Assembly (NCBI GenBank): GCA_963718665.1
Contig: OY970359.1
Coordinates: 1,536,001-1,600,000, forward strand
Reading direction: 5' to 3'
DNA from: an uncultured Phycisphaerales bacterium
GTDB lineage: Bacteria; Planctomycetota; Phycisphaerae; Sedimentisphaerales; Anaerobacaceae
Length of the DNA stretch: 64,000 bases
Part shown: in pieces, positions 10,265-21,400 of the stretch
Numbering within the stretch: the first letter of the stretch is position 1
Layout: the number at the start of each line of letters is the position of its first letter
Notes under the pieces: generated by a model
Told to the model about the DNA's origin: nothing
The model's input: only the letters and a program-made list of their open reading frames with translations
Database searches by the model: none
Translations under genes and position numbers: made by a program

Positions 10265-10855
10265 TTATTCTCCAATCCAAAACTCATACCACTGCTTCAA
10301 TTTCTTGGTTTGAGCCATTTGCCGGATAATAGCCAAAGTAGCGAGGCAGTCGCCAATAGCGGTGTGATCTCCGCTTTCCAACTTGTGCCATCTGTAATTC
10401 CCATGATAATCATCCCACTCGCCTATGAATCGAGCATATTCGAGCATAGCACAATGCCAGTTTCCTTTAGGGGAAAATCCACCACTGACTTTATAGCTTT
10501 GTTTGTATAATCGAAGGTCAAATTCGGCGTTGTAAGCAATAATACCCTTGTGGCTGATAGTTTGCTTCAGTATGTCCTTGAGTTCCGAAAAGACAGGGCA
10601 ATTAATAAGTTCGTCCATAGTGAGCCCATGAACATTAGTCGCATCTCTCGGGATAGTTTTTCTTTTCTGAGGACGAATGTTCTGGTTTAGAAGAGTATTG
10701 CCATCAAGATCTATAATTCCTATCTGGATGATTTCATCATTTCTACCGATGCCGGTTGTTTCGGTATCTAAGATTACGAACCGTTCCTTGTTTGCAAGAA
10801 CCATCCTCGCCCAATCGATAGCCGCTCTTTGGTCTTTGTAACATGGGTGGAGCAT
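10265..10855 (-). CDS. DEDDh 3'-5' exonuclease (DnaQ/RNase T-like)
   Basis: ILDTETTG (ExoI), AYNAEFD (ExoII), HTAIGDC (ExoIII); ATG 10855 downstream of AAGGA. Confidence 0.9.
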   Translation of the reverse strand: MLHPCYKDQRAAIDWARMVLANKERFVILDTETTGIGRNDEIIQIGIIDLDGNTLLNQNIRPQKRKTIPRDATNVHGLTMDELINCPVFSELKDILKQTISHKGIIAYNAEFDLRLYKQSYKVSGGFSPKGNWHCAMLEYARFIGEWDDYHGNYRWHKLESGDHTAIGDCLATLAIIRQMAQTKKLKQWYEFWIGE

Positions 10856-10987
10856 ATTTGTTAATGAGTCCTTTAAGATTGTGCGAATCCGATCACCCTC
10901 GGCAATTATACACCGGATGGCCCAATTATACCTTTTCTCTCCTAAAGCACAAATTTTTTGCGGCGAACAGCTCAAAAAACGGCTTGT

Positions 10988-11854
10988 TTACTGATTCAAC
11001 GCGGCGAGGACGCTCATCGCGTTGAAGAGTGCGTGGACGAAAATTGAGCGGAAAAGCGAGCCGCTTTTTTCGTAAGTATAGCCGAGGCAAAGCGACAGGG
11101 CGAATAGGGCGAGCCAGTGCTCCGGATTTGCGTGGAAAATAATGAAAACAAGCGAAGTCACAAAAATCGCGGGCCAGGGTCTGACGATATATGACCGCAG
11201 CGCAGTTTGAATCATCCCGCGGAAGATAAGCTCCTCCACAAACGGCACGACCACAATCGCGGTGAAAACAATCAGGGCACGCACCTGCCACTGGGAATAG
11301 GCGATTATCTGCTTTAATTCTTCGTGCTGCGGCATTTGAAATTTGTCGCCTAAGAGCAATTTGCCGATTATGGTCGTCAGGATAATCGCGCCGAGGACGA
11401 CCGGCATAACGGCGAGCAGATTGAGCAGAGCAGCGACAAAGTCACGTGGAATGGTTTTCGGATTAAGCCCCAGTCCTTTGAGGCCACGGGCAAAAGTGAG
11501 CCGTGCTATCATAATGCTCGTTACGATTGCGGGGATTACGCCAAGGCAAAGCGATAGGTTGTCCGCTATAGCATCCTGCCAGTCGGGCAGGCCCGCCAGT
11601 AATTTTTCCTTGATGAAATATAATACCGATACCATCCCAAACCACAGAAAAAACGGTATAAGTGCCCAAAGGGGGGGCATAATATTTTCCCGTGCCGGCG
11701 CGTTGTCGAGTGCCTTTGTGCCCAGGGATGTCCGGATTGCCCAGACCAATAGCACCAATATGCCGCCTACGCATACAACCAGGTCGGCTATGGTGGCTTG
11801 GCCGCCAAGCTCTTCGAGAATACTCGTTATCTTTGCGATATCCACAATTGCCAT
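10988..11854 (-). CDS. CPBP family intramembrane metalloprotease (CAAX/Abi)
   Basis: EELIFRG, FIIFH and HALFN motifs; multiple TM segments. Confidence 0.9.
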   Translation of the reverse strand: MAIVDIAKITSILEELGGQATIADLVVCVGGILVLLVWAIRTSLGTKALDNAPARENIMPPLWALIPFFLWFGMVSVLYFIKEKLLAGLPDWQDAIADNLSLCLGVIPAIVTSIMIARLTFARGLKGLGLNPKTIPRDFVAALLNLLAVMPVVLGAIILTTIIGKLLLGDKFQMPQHEELKQIIAYSQWQVRALIVFTAIVVVPFVEELIFRGMIQTALRSYIVRPWPAIFVTSLVFIIFHANPEHWLALFALSLCLGYTYEKSGSLFRSIFVHALFNAMSVLAALNQ

Positions 11855-11927
11855 TGCCTCACTTGATAAAAACAGTCGTTTGTATTACCATATACGAACT
11901 CGATTTAGCTTTTCAAGGAAAATAGAT

Positions 11928-13203
11928 ATGGACATATTTCGAATCGAAGGACCGGTTCGTCTTTCGGGCACGGTCTCCGTCAACGGGTCGAAGAACGCGG
12001 CGTTGCCGATTATGGCCGCGGCGATACTTGCACCGGGCAAATCAATCCTGAGAGGCGCTCCCCGGCTTTCGGATATTTCGGTCTTCGGACAGTTGCTCGT
12101 GGACATCGGCTGCAAGGTCGCGAGAGAACCCAACGGCGATATCAGCATCGACTCGACCACGATAGGTAAACCCGTGGGCGAATACGACATCGTCCGCAAG
12201 ATGCGCGGGAATCTGCATTCTCGGCCCGCTTTTGGCGAGATGCGGCAAGGCGCAGGTCTCGATGCCCGGCGGCTGCGCGATTGGTTATCGCCCGGTCGAT
12301 ATTCACATTCGTGGGCTGCGCGAGCTTGGGGTTCAGATTGACCTCGAAAACGGCTACATCGTCGCGGACGCGACCAAGGGATTACGGGGCAGGGAGATAT
12401 TCCTGGGCGGGCCTTTCGGCTCGACCGTTCTGGGTACGGCAAATGTGATGATGGCGGCGACATTGGCCAAAGGCACGACGGTAATCGAATCCGCCGCCTG
12501 TGAGCCGGAAGTTACCGACCTGGCGAACTGCCTCAATAAAATGGGCGCGAAAATAACCGGCATCGGCTCGCCTCGTCTGATAATTGAGGGAGTCAAGCAG
12601 CTTAAGCCATTCGAATACGATGTTATACCCGACCGAATTGAGGCGGGGACATTTATGGCGGCGGCAGCGATTACCAAAGGTTGTCTGCACATACAAAACT
12701 GCCGGCTCGGAGACCTGATGGCGGTTGTTGACAAGTTCCGCAATATAGGCGTTACCGTTGAGGCCGAAAATTCGGGTTGTATCGTCGCCTGCTCAGGGCA
12801 CGTCAGGCCGACAGATATTACCACCCAGCCGTATCCCGGTTTCCCCACCGACCTTCAGGCACAGTTTATGGCGTTGCTCGCGTTGGCGGAGGGAAACAGC
12901 ATCATAATAGAAAAGATTTTCCCGGACAGATTTATGCATGTCGCGGAGCTTGCTCGAATGGCAGCCGACCTGCGAAAAGAAGGCGCGGCTGTAATTGTAT
13001 CGGGGGTCAAGAAGCTTGTCGCTGCACCGGTTATGGCGTCGGACCTGCGCGCGTCGGCTGCTCTTGTCATAGCGGCGCTGGCAGCCGAGGGAACAACCAT
13101 AATCAACAGGGTTTATCATATCGACCGCGGCTACGAAAAAATCGAGGAGCGGCTCAACCCCGTCGGCGCAAAAATCACCCGCGAAGGCGACGGTTCAGTA
13201 TAG
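11928..13203 (+). pseudogene. murA: UDP-N-acetylglucosamine 1-carboxyvinyltransferase, split by an apparent 2-nt deletion near 12204-12210 (real lesion or sequence error)
   Basis: The 5' frame gives GSKNAALP...VRKMR; the +1 frame continues ICILGPLLAR..MPGGCAIG.RP.D.H...DLRASAALV. Adding 2 nt gives 425 aa. Confidence 0.9.
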
Positions 13204-13206
13204 CAC

Positions 13207-13231
13207 GAAAAAGGGGTCAGGCCCCTTTTTC
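13207..13231. terminator. Bidirectional hairpin directly after murA
   Basis: gaaaaagggg-tcagg-cccctttttc perfect 10-bp stem. Confidence 0.65.
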
Positions 13232-13251
13232 ATCGAAATGTGGTTTTGATT

Positions 13252-13806
13252 ATGAAAAAGATATTAGCCGTAATAGGCAGTCCGCGCAAGGGCGGTAATA
13301 CTGATTTGCTCGTCCGTAAACTGGCGGAAGGGGCCGCGTCGAAAGGCGCACAGGTCGATACGATTATGCTTGCCGGCCTGAATATCCGCGAGTGCGACGG
13401 CTGTCACGTTTGCTGGAAGGGCAAACCCTGCTGCAAACGCGACGATATGCTTGGGCTGTATCAGAAAATAAGCGAAAGCGACGCGATTGTATTCGGTACG
13501 CCCGTTTACTGGTTTGGGCCGACGGCGATTATGAAGGCGTTTATCGACCGCTTTGTATATTTCAACTGCCCCGAAAACAGGGTAAAAATCAAAGGCAAAG
13601 GCGCGGCTACGATAATACCTTTCGAAGACGATACCATCGACACCGCGAGACCTCTCATCGAGCTTTTTGAAAAGTCGTTTGAATACCTCGAAATGCGATT
13701 GGTCGGCAGTATTATTGCTGGCGGGGTGGGCGAGAAGGGCGATATTCTCAAAAAGCCGGACCGGCTGAATGAAGCGTATGAGCTGGGCAAACGACTGGCG
13801 GATTAA
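13252..13806 (+). CDS. Iron-sulfur flavoprotein / NADPH-dependent FMN reductase family
   Basis: GSPRKGGNT, CDGCHVCWKGKPC and GTPVYW motifs. Confidence 0.88.
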   Translation: MKKILAVIGSPRKGGNTDLLVRKLAEGAASKGAQVDTIMLAGLNIRECDGCHVCWKGKPCCKRDDMLGLYQKISESDAIVFGTPVYWFGPTAIMKAFIDRFVYFNCPENRVKIKGKGAATIIPFEDDTIDTARPLIELFEKSFEYLEMRLVGSIIAGGVGEKGDILKKPDRLNEAYELGKRLAD

Positions 13807-13893
13807 CCGATGTGAGCCGCAAACTTTAGCACCTGTTGCGGCAATCATCCGTATAATAGATAAAAATTTTATTTCTACGGAAACCGTTGCTTT

Positions 13894-14658
13894 ATGAAAT
13901 GGTCGTTAAACGCAGGCCGGATATTCGGCATAAAACTACGTATTCACATAACTTTCTTCCTGCTTCTGCTGTTTGTGTTCTTCTCGGATATAAAGGAGGG
14001 TTTCGGGCAGGCCGGGTTATCGGTGCTGTTTGTGTGCGCGATATTCGCCTGCGTTGTCATTCACGAGCTGTCTCACAGTTTGGTCGCACGACGTTTCGGC
14101 AGGGAGCCGAAGAGCATCACTTTGCTGCCCATCGGGGGCGTAGCTGAAATCGATATGATGCCGACCAAGCCCTCGCAGGAAATAGCTATATCAATCGTCG
14201 GCCCAGCCACCAATATTGTGATAGCGATAGTACTTGCTCTGGTTGGCGGTTTTTCAATGGCTGCCGCCCTCAATAATAACTCCAACTTGAGTGCTTCCCA
14301 GTTATTCATCGCAGATCTTATAGCGGCCAACATAGTGCTGGCGGTGTTCAACCTTATTCCGGCGCTGCCTATGGACGGAGGCAGGATTTTTAGAAGCATC
14401 CTTGCGTTGAAATTTGGTTTTCTGCGAGCCACGTTGTGGGCGGCAACAATCGGCAAAGTAATAGCCCTGCTTTTTATCGTTCTCGGGTTTTTCTACAACC
14501 CGTGGCTTGCGCTGATTGGCTTCTTCATTTACGCCGGCGCAAACAGTGAAAAGCAGCAGGCAATCATACTGATGATGCTCGCTCAAAGGCCGCCCGATTT
14601 GACAATACCGCCCGAATATATTAACTTAAAAGAAGATGACCGGATTACGCGGCAGTAA
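13894..14658 (+). CDS. Site-2 protease (M50 family)
   Basis: HELSH zinc motif and NLIPALPMDGGR. Confidence 0.92.
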   Translation: MKWSLNAGRIFGIKLRIHITFFLLLLFVFFSDIKEGFGQAGLSVLFVCAIFACVVIHELSHSLVARRFGREPKSITLLPIGGVAEIDMMPTKPSQEIAISIVGPATNIVIAIVLALVGGFSMAAALNNNSNLSASQLFIADLIAANIVLAVFNLIPALPMDGGRIFRSILALKFGFLRATLWAATIGKVIALLFIVLGFFYNPWLALIGFFIYAGANSEKQQAIILMMLAQRPPDLTIPPEYINLKEDDRITRQ

Positions 14659-14704
14659 CCGCGAGGTCAGAATATCACCGTTATCGATTTGGAGGTATAA
14701 AGAT

Positions 14705-15955
14705 ATGTCGAGACAAGATGATAAAAGAATCAATCGCAGGAATTTTCTGAAGACAGCGGGACTGGTCGGGGTGGGTGGTGTAGTCGCGGCAGCAAAAGTC
14801 AACGCGGCTGACGCCAGCGGGCCGAATGTGCCGGCGGCGCAGCCCCCAATTCAAAAAGTGCCGAAACGAAAACTCGGCAAAACGGGAGTCGAAGTCCCGA
14901 TATTATCGCTTGGTTTCGGCAGGCCCGGCGAACAGGCGGTTTTGAGGCAGTCGCTCGACTGGGGCGTGAATCACTGGGATACGTCGCTGGCGGCGGCAAA
15001 CGGGGCGAGCGAACTAAGTATCGGCGAATTTATCGCCAAGAATCCCGAACTTAGAAAAGATATATTTCTCGTTACCAAGGAAAATAAATCGAAAACAACC
15101 GATGACCTGGAAAAATGCCTGCAAACGTCTTTAAAGCAGCTCAATACCAGTTACATAGACCTGTATTTCGGCGTGTATATGGTAAATGATATGGTCCGGC
15201 TTACTGACGACGTAAAAAAGTGGGCCGAAAACGCCAAGAAGCGAGGCGTGATAAAACACTTCGGCTTCAGTACCCACGAAAATATGGCTAAGTGCCTTTC
15301 GGCTGCGGCAAAGCTCGACTGGATTGACGCCATACAAACAAAATATGATTTCCGGCTGATGCAGGACGCCCAAATGCAGGATGCCATAGAGGCCTGCCAC
15401 AAAGCCGGTATCGGTCTTATCGCAATGAAGACGCAGAGTATGCGACAACGCAGTGCCACGGCAGATGCCAATGCTGAAGCGGAAGCCGACAAAAAAATGC
15501 TCGCCCATTTCCTCGAAAAGGGCTTCACCGAAGGACAAGCGAAAATTAAGGCGGTTATGGATGACCAGCGTTTCAGCACAGTTTGCTCGGCGATGAGCAG
15601 CACTACAATGCTGATGACCAATATTGCGGCCGCGATGGACAAGACCAAACTGACAAAGGCCGATATGGAAGTGCTCCGACAATACGCACAGGCGACTTGC
15701 AGCGGATATTGCGCGGGCTGTTCGCATATTTGCGAGCCAGTGGCCTTGGGCGTGCCGGTCAGCGACATTATGCGGGCCTTGATGTATCATGACAGCTACG
15801 GCGATATCGCCCAGGCGAAAGCAGTGTTTGCTGAGATTCCGGCTGACGTAAAACAGCGTTTGCTGAGCGTCGATTACAGCGTCGCGGAATCCCGCTGCCC
15901 GAACCGTATGCAGATAGGCAAGCTTGTAGCGGACGCGGCAGCCAAACTGGCGTAA
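14705..15955 (+). CDS. Aldo/keto reductase with a twin-arginine leader and C-terminal Fe-S cysteines
   Basis: NRRNFLK Tat motif; RKLGKTG; LNTSYIDLY; GFSTH; IAMK; CAGCSHIC...CP; GGAGG RBS. Confidence 0.88.
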   Translation: MSRQDDKRINRRNFLKTAGLVGVGGVVAAAKVNAADASGPNVPAAQPPIQKVPKRKLGKTGVEVPILSLGFGRPGEQAVLRQSLDWGVNHWDTSLAAANGASELSIGEFIAKNPELRKDIFLVTKENKSKTTDDLEKCLQTSLKQLNTSYIDLYFGVYMVNDMVRLTDDVKKWAENAKKRGVIKHFGFSTHENMAKCLSAAAKLDWIDAIQTKYDFRLMQDAQMQDAIEACHKAGIGLIAMKTQSMRQRSATADANAEAEADKKMLAHFLEKGFTEGQAKIKAVMDDQRFSTVCSAMSSTTMLMTNIAAAMDKTKLTKADMEVLRQYAQATCSGYCAGCSHICEPVALGVPVSDIMRALMYHDSYGDIAQAKAVFAEIPADVKQRLLSVDYSVAESRCPNRMQIGKLVADAAAKLA

Positions 15956-15975
15956 ACAGTTGCGGGAAGCAAGCT

Positions 15976-16395
15976 ATGATTCGGATAATCGGCGAAACGG
16001 TCATCAGTGAGGGTGATATCGTTTATCGATTCTCCCGCAGCGCCGGGCCGGGCGGGCAGAATGTCAATAAGCTCAATACCCGCGTTACGCTTTTTTTCGA
16101 TATAAACAAAAGTCGATGCCTGACTACTGAACAAAAGCAGCTCCTGTTTGACCGGCTTTCGTCAAGGATTTCGGATGATGGCTTGCTGACAATTGTTTCG
16201 CAGAGGCACAGGACCCAAATCGCAAACCGTAAATCAGCGCAAAACCGTCTCGTTGAATTGCTAAAGTTCGCCTTGAGGGATATACCTGTAAGAAAAGAAA
16301 CCGATGTTCCGCACGCCGAAAAGCGGAAACGCCTTCGTCGCAAGCGGCACCGCAGCGAAATCAAACAGTTGAGAAAATCCGTTGCTTTCGATTGA
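15976..16395 (+). CDS. arfB: Alternative ribosome rescue aminoacyl-tRNA hydrolase
   Basis: RSAGPGGQNVNK motif and a basic C-terminal tail. Confidence 0.92.
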   Translation: MIRIIGETVISEGDIVYRFSRSAGPGGQNVNKLNTRVTLFFDINKSRCLTTEQKQLLFDRLSSRISDDGLLTIVSQRHRTQIANRKSAQNRLVELLKFALRDIPVRKETDVPHAEKRKRLRRKRHRSEIKQLRKSVAFD

Positions 16396-16408
16396 TTTTG
16401 CTGGCCTG

Positions 16409-17029
16409 TTATCCTGATAGTTCAACGTCGATTGGTTTGCCCGTCGCGGGGCCTGCGGCAAGAACCAGTTTCTTTCCAAGTCGAACCGCCTCCTGCATTG
16501 CCTCGGCATTGTCGGCGATTTTGCCCGCATCGTCAGTGTTGCTGATAAACAGGTTGGCAAAATAACCCATATCAATTGCGTCCAAGTAGTATTTCATCAT
16601 CAGCCGGATGCAATCGAATGCTTTGCCTCCCTTTTTTCCTCCGACGGCAATGACCATAGCGAGCCGGCTTATCTCTCGCGGCCCAATGATGGGACGCTTA
16701 AGAATATATTTAGTTGCCCAAAGACACTGGCAGCGGTCGATGAGTATTTTCGCCTGCGAGCAGACGCTCATAAAAAATATCGGCGTCGCAAAAACTATGC
16801 GGTCCGCAGCGAGGATTTTCGCAAGTACCGCTGCGAAATCGTCCTGGAGGGGGCATTCGCCCGTCGTGTAACACGCCCCGCACGCCGAGCAGGGCGAGAT
16901 ATTGAATTTGCAAAGTCGCAGGTATTCCGCCTCGGCGCCCGCCGAGCTGACACCGGACAGCGCTTGGCGCAAAAGCATATTGCTGTTGCTGTTTTCCCGC
17001 GGGCTTGTGGATATTCCGAGCACTTTCAT
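16409..17029 (-). CDS. Iron-sulfur flavoprotein / flavodoxin family
   Basis: STSPRENSNS, CSACGACYTTGEC and ATPIFF motifs. Confidence 0.88.
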   Translation of the reverse strand: MKVLGISTSPRENSNSNMLLRQALSGVSSAGAEAEYLRLCKFNISPCSACGACYTTGECPLQDDFAAVLAKILAADRIVFATPIFFMSVCSQAKILIDRCQCLWATKYILKRPIIGPREISRLAMVIAVGGKKGGKAFDCIRLMMKYYLDAIDMGYFANLFISNTDDAGKIADNAEAMQEAVRLGKKLVLAAGPATGKPIDVELSG

Positions 17030-17050
17030 AATCGTTTGCTTAATATCAGG

Positions 17051-18310
17051 CTAATTGCGTTTCCTTGTTTCCCTTAACGCGTTTTCGTAGGCGGCGTTTA
17101 TCGAAGTCAATTCCTTCTCAACGGATTCAGTATCCAGGTGCAGGTCGGGATATTTTTTCGCAAGCGTCTTGAGGGTTTCGACGTCGGTCTTGGCCTCGCG
17201 CAGCATAGCCATAAATTTCGGCACCGGCTGCTGATATTTCGATTGTTCGACCTTAAGGTCAAAATCCCTGAGCGCTTCATCCATTTTTCGCTGTGCTATT
17301 TGCAGGTCTCTTCTGGCGAACGCTATTTTTTTGTCTATAACAACATTTGCGTCGCTGGCATTAAGCTGCTGAAGCAGTTGTTCTCGTGAGTTGACAAGCC
17401 CGTCGGCTATCGTACATTCGACGGCCTCCTTGGCGGTCAGGGTCAAAAGCGACCCCGATTTGTTCCAGGTTCGTACGACCTGCTGGCCGGGCCTTTTGTT
17501 TACGGGGTCGATGAATAATCTTTTTGCCCCCTGGTCAACCTCAACTACCTCGATACTGCTGTCAACCATCGCTCTTGCGAGCAATCCGGGGCGGTTGTTC
17601 TGTTGCGCCAGCGAGGCCAGATATGCACGCCAGGCGGAGCTCATTTTTTCGTCAATCACGTCTCCGTATTTTCTGTCTTTGAGCTGTTCTTTGTCTTTAG
17701 GCAAAGTAACCAGTGTTGCGGCGCCGATTATTGTGTCTTCCGCCATATAGATTTTGTTGCAGGATAGCGCGACCGCCGCGCCGGCGGATATTGCACCGCC
17801 GTATTTGCCGCCTTTGACAAAGGCGATTACGTTGCAGTCGGCGTTTTTTATGATGGCCGTGCACATCCGCTGGGCCAAGTCAACCCGCCCGCCGGGCGTA
17901 TCGATTTCAACAAGTATGAACAAAGGGCCTTCCTGCGAACTGTTGGCTATCGCTTTCTCAAAGGCGTCGGTTTCTATCTCATACAGTATCGCATCATCCT
18001 CCGGCACAACAATGACCTTGTTGTTCCTGCCGATATTGTCCCGTTTGATTTCCCATTCTTTGGGATTCAGCTTGAGCAGTCCTTTTTCCTGTGTAAAGAC
18101 GCTCGTCGGCCCATTTTCGGCCTCATTGGCTTTCGGAGAGCTGTCATCCTGGCGGGTGCTTTGGACGGAGCCGGGTAATCGGGATGTGATATAGCCGTGG
18201 AGCGTTTCGTTTGTCTGGCGATTGGTAAATGTGTCCGCCGGACAAACGCCGGCAGACAGTATTAGTAACGCCGATGTTAAAGCAACTACAGTTTTAAGCT
18301 TTTTCATCAT
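17051..18310 (-). CDS. Exported NfeD-like ClpP/crotonase-fold protein with a C-terminal coiled coil
   Basis: Signal peptide; EIDTPGG, AISAGA, IGAA and LLTLTAKEA motifs; ATG 18310. Confidence 0.78.
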   Translation of the reverse strand: MMKKLKTVVALTSALLILSAGVCPADTFTNRQTNETLHGYITSRLPGSVQSTRQDDSSPKANEAENGPTSVFTQEKGLLKLNPKEWEIKRDNIGRNNKVIVVPEDDAILYEIETDAFEKAIANSSQEGPLFILVEIDTPGGRVDLAQRMCTAIIKNADCNVIAFVKGGKYGGAISAGAAVALSCNKIYMAEDTIIGAATLVTLPKDKEQLKDRKYGDVIDEKMSSAWRAYLASLAQQNNRPGLLARAMVDSSIEVVEVDQGAKRLFIDPVNKRPGQQVVRTWNKSGSLLTLTAKEAVECTIADGLVNSREQLLQQLNASDANVVIDKKIAFARRDLQIAQRKMDEALRDFDLKVEQSKYQQPVPKFMAMLREAKTDVETLKTLAKKYPDLHLDTESVEKELTSINAAYENALRETRKRN

Positions 18311-18461
18311 AATACCCTGCCATTTTCTTAACGCCGTTATTATATCATAAGCAATCCAAAATAAATATACGCTTCGGTGCCGCACGCAGGGGCTTGCAAA
18401 AAAACGTTACTGTGGTAAAAGATTCATTGCCTCGATTCACCTTTTTACACAGGAATCTGGT

Positions 18462-21400
18462 ATGGCGGTTAGGTTTATACTTGGCAGGAGCGGCACGGGC
18501 AAGACACACCATTGCGTAAAGGCAATAGTGGAGGCATTGTCGCAGCCCGCCCCGAGCGGGGCCGAGGGGGCAGATAATCAGCATTTAGTGCTTCTTGTTC
18601 CGGAACAGGCGACCTATCAGGCAAGCGAGGCAATCCTGAGCGACCTGCGGGTAACCGGGTATAATCGGCTGCACATCCTGTCTTTCGACCGGCTTTTTTT
18701 TCTCGTCCTCGGCAAAAATATCGCCAGGCCCGCGATTTCACGCTTAGGCAGGTCGATGGTAATCCAAAGGATACTCCGCGAATGTGCGGGCAAACTGAAC
18801 GTATTCGCCGATTCCGCAAAACTCCCCGGCCTGGGGCAGCGTTTGGCCGACACGATTAACCAGTTGCAGCAATACGCGAATACGCCTGATGATATTAAAA
18901 ATCTCGTGAGCAATCTGCGAAAACAGCAGGGCGACGCCCTGACAGCGGCAAAATTTGCCGATTTGGCAATCGTTTTCGAGGAATACCAGAAGTTTATCGA
19001 AGGTAAATTTCTTGACCCTGATATACAGTTGGCCTCGGCCTGTAAGGCCGTCGCGGGTGCGGATTTGGTGCGGGGGGCAAAGTTGTGGGTCGATGGTTTC
19101 GCGGGCTTCACCACAGCCGAGCTTGCCTTGCTTACCGAATTGCTCAAAGTAGTCGAAGATGCCCAGATTGCCCTTTGCCTCGACCCCACTACTACCGACA
19201 TAGCCAACCCGGACAAAAACAAAATCGACCCGACGGATTTATTCGGTCATACTGCCGAGACGTATGCCGAGCTTGTCGAGCGGATAAAAAAGTGCAAACT
19301 AAAACTTTCTCCGCCGTTAATTTTGAATAAGCCGATTCGCTTTTCGAATAGTCCCCCGCTTGTGCATATTGAGCAAAGTATTTTTAATCAGGATTCCGCG
19401 GCGATATCCGCTGGCGGCAAAATTCGCGTCGTATCAGCGCCAAACACCCGCGCCGAGGTGCAGTTTGTCGCCCGGCAGATAACAAACTTAGTCAGGCATG
19501 CCGGCCTCAGGTATCGCGATATTGCCGTCATTGCGTCCGACCTCGATTCTTACGAAAACTACATCAAGACCTGTTTCGAAGATTATGCCATCCCCGTCTT
19601 TATAGATAAACGAAGGCCTCTCAATCAGCATCCCGTAATAGAACTGATTTGCTCGGCGATGAACGCGGCAACAAACGATTTTCCCGCGGGCGAGATATTC
19701 GCGTATCTCAAGACCGACCTGCCTGCTGTCAAACGAGACGAAATTAACCTGCTGGAAAATTATTGTCTCGCCTTTGGCATCACGGCCAATGACTGGGAAA
19801 ATGACAAGCCCTGGCAATACGCCGCCCGGAATGCCGAACAATTCGACGAAGAGCGCGTAAACCGAGTCCGCAAAAAAGTAATTGCTCCGCTGTGTGAATT
19901 AAAAAGAAAACTTGATGACGCCGCCGGCGATAAAGTGACAATTGGGCCGGAGCAGTTCACAAAGATAATTTTCGACTTTCTTGAAGCGGTAGAAGTTCGT
20001 AAGCAGTTGTCATCCTGGGTTGAGCAGGCGATGCAGAAGGGCGACTACGCGGCCGCGGACGAGCATCGCCAGTTTTACGACCGGCTAATCGACATCTTCG
20101 ACGAAATGGTCGAGGCGTTTGAGGGCGTATCTCTTGGCTGTGAGGATTATCTTGCGATTCTTCGAAGCGCGTTTTCGCAGATAACACTGGCGTTTATTCC
20201 TCCTAATCTTGACCAGGTGCTCGTCGGCTCGATTGAGCGCAGCCGACATCCCGATTTGAAGGCGGTTTTCCTGATTGGCACAACCGAAAGGCAATTCCCA
20301 TCGCCTGTGGTCTTCGACAACATCTTAAGCGAAGAAGACCGCCTCGCCGCACAGTCCTGTGGCGTTGACCTTCCGCCGGGCGTCCGACAGGAGCTTGCCA
20401 ACAGGCCATACCTTGCTTATATCGCATTTACAAGGCCTTCGGAATTTCTCTGTGTTACTTATCCTGCTGCTGACCAGAAATCGAACGAGGTTGCCTGTTC
20501 GCCCTTTGTCGATAACCTGTGCAGGTTGTTTGACGACCTCAAAGAGGAATCGATTGAGTCCTCGCCGGTTGCCATTGAAGATGTTTGCACCACATACGAG
20601 CTTGAGGATATCCTTTGTTCTTCGCTGCAACCAAACGCGTTATTGGAGAAAATCGTCCGCGATGACCAGTTTGCGGCGATTGGTTCGAGAGCGGCCGATG
20701 CGCTCAGTTATAAAAATGAAGCGACGCTGGATAAAGCTGTTGTCGGGGAGTTTTTCGATAAGCAGTTATCCAGTTCGGCGTCTCGGCTGAGCACCTTCGC
20801 CGAATGTCCCTACAGGCATTTCTCAAGATATATTCTCGGCCTGAATAAACGCGAGGAGTTCAAACTTGAGCCGCCCGACCTTGGCGAGTTTTATCACCGC
20901 GTCCTCGACAGGTTTACCAAAAGGACTGTCGCCGACAAAATCGATTTCGAGACAATAGCCGACGATGCCCTGATTAAAATGCTCGATGATGAAACCGAGC
21001 GAATATGCAGCGAGGATTCATTTATATTGAAATTCGCCGCCCACAGCCCGCACAACGCTTTTATGATTAGCTCCGCACGGGAATATCTGCGGGATTGCGT
21101 GATAGCTGTGTCGCAGATGATTCGCGCGGGTGGTTTTCGTCCGGCGATGTCCGAGATTTCATTCGGCAAATCCAAATCCGCTGCCGTAAGGCATCCTGCG
21201 GAGGGTGATTTAATCGGTGAATTGACGTTAACGCTTCCTGATGGCAGACGACTCACCCTCAACGGTCGAATCGACCGGCTGGATATCGCGAAGATTGACG
21301 GGCGAAAAGTCGCCATTGTCTTCGATTATAAAAAACGCTCCAAAAATTCGTTTGACTGGACGGAATTTTACTACTGTCTAGATATTCAGCTCGCGGTTTA

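Noticed and set aside
10080..10280. 66-aa ORF between the exonuclease and cyclase genes
   Set aside because: No recognisable motif and a weak start; it cannot be supported, though not strictly excluded.
12200..12212. Programmed ribosomal frameshift in murA
   Set aside because: No slippery heptamer or stop-associated shift site; a 2-nt loss in a CG run is the simpler explanation.
11343..12341. 332-aa + strand ORF as a real gene
   Set aside because: Its 5' part is antisense to the CPBP gene. Only the portion from 11928 is coding (murA N-terminus), and it runs out of frame after 12209.
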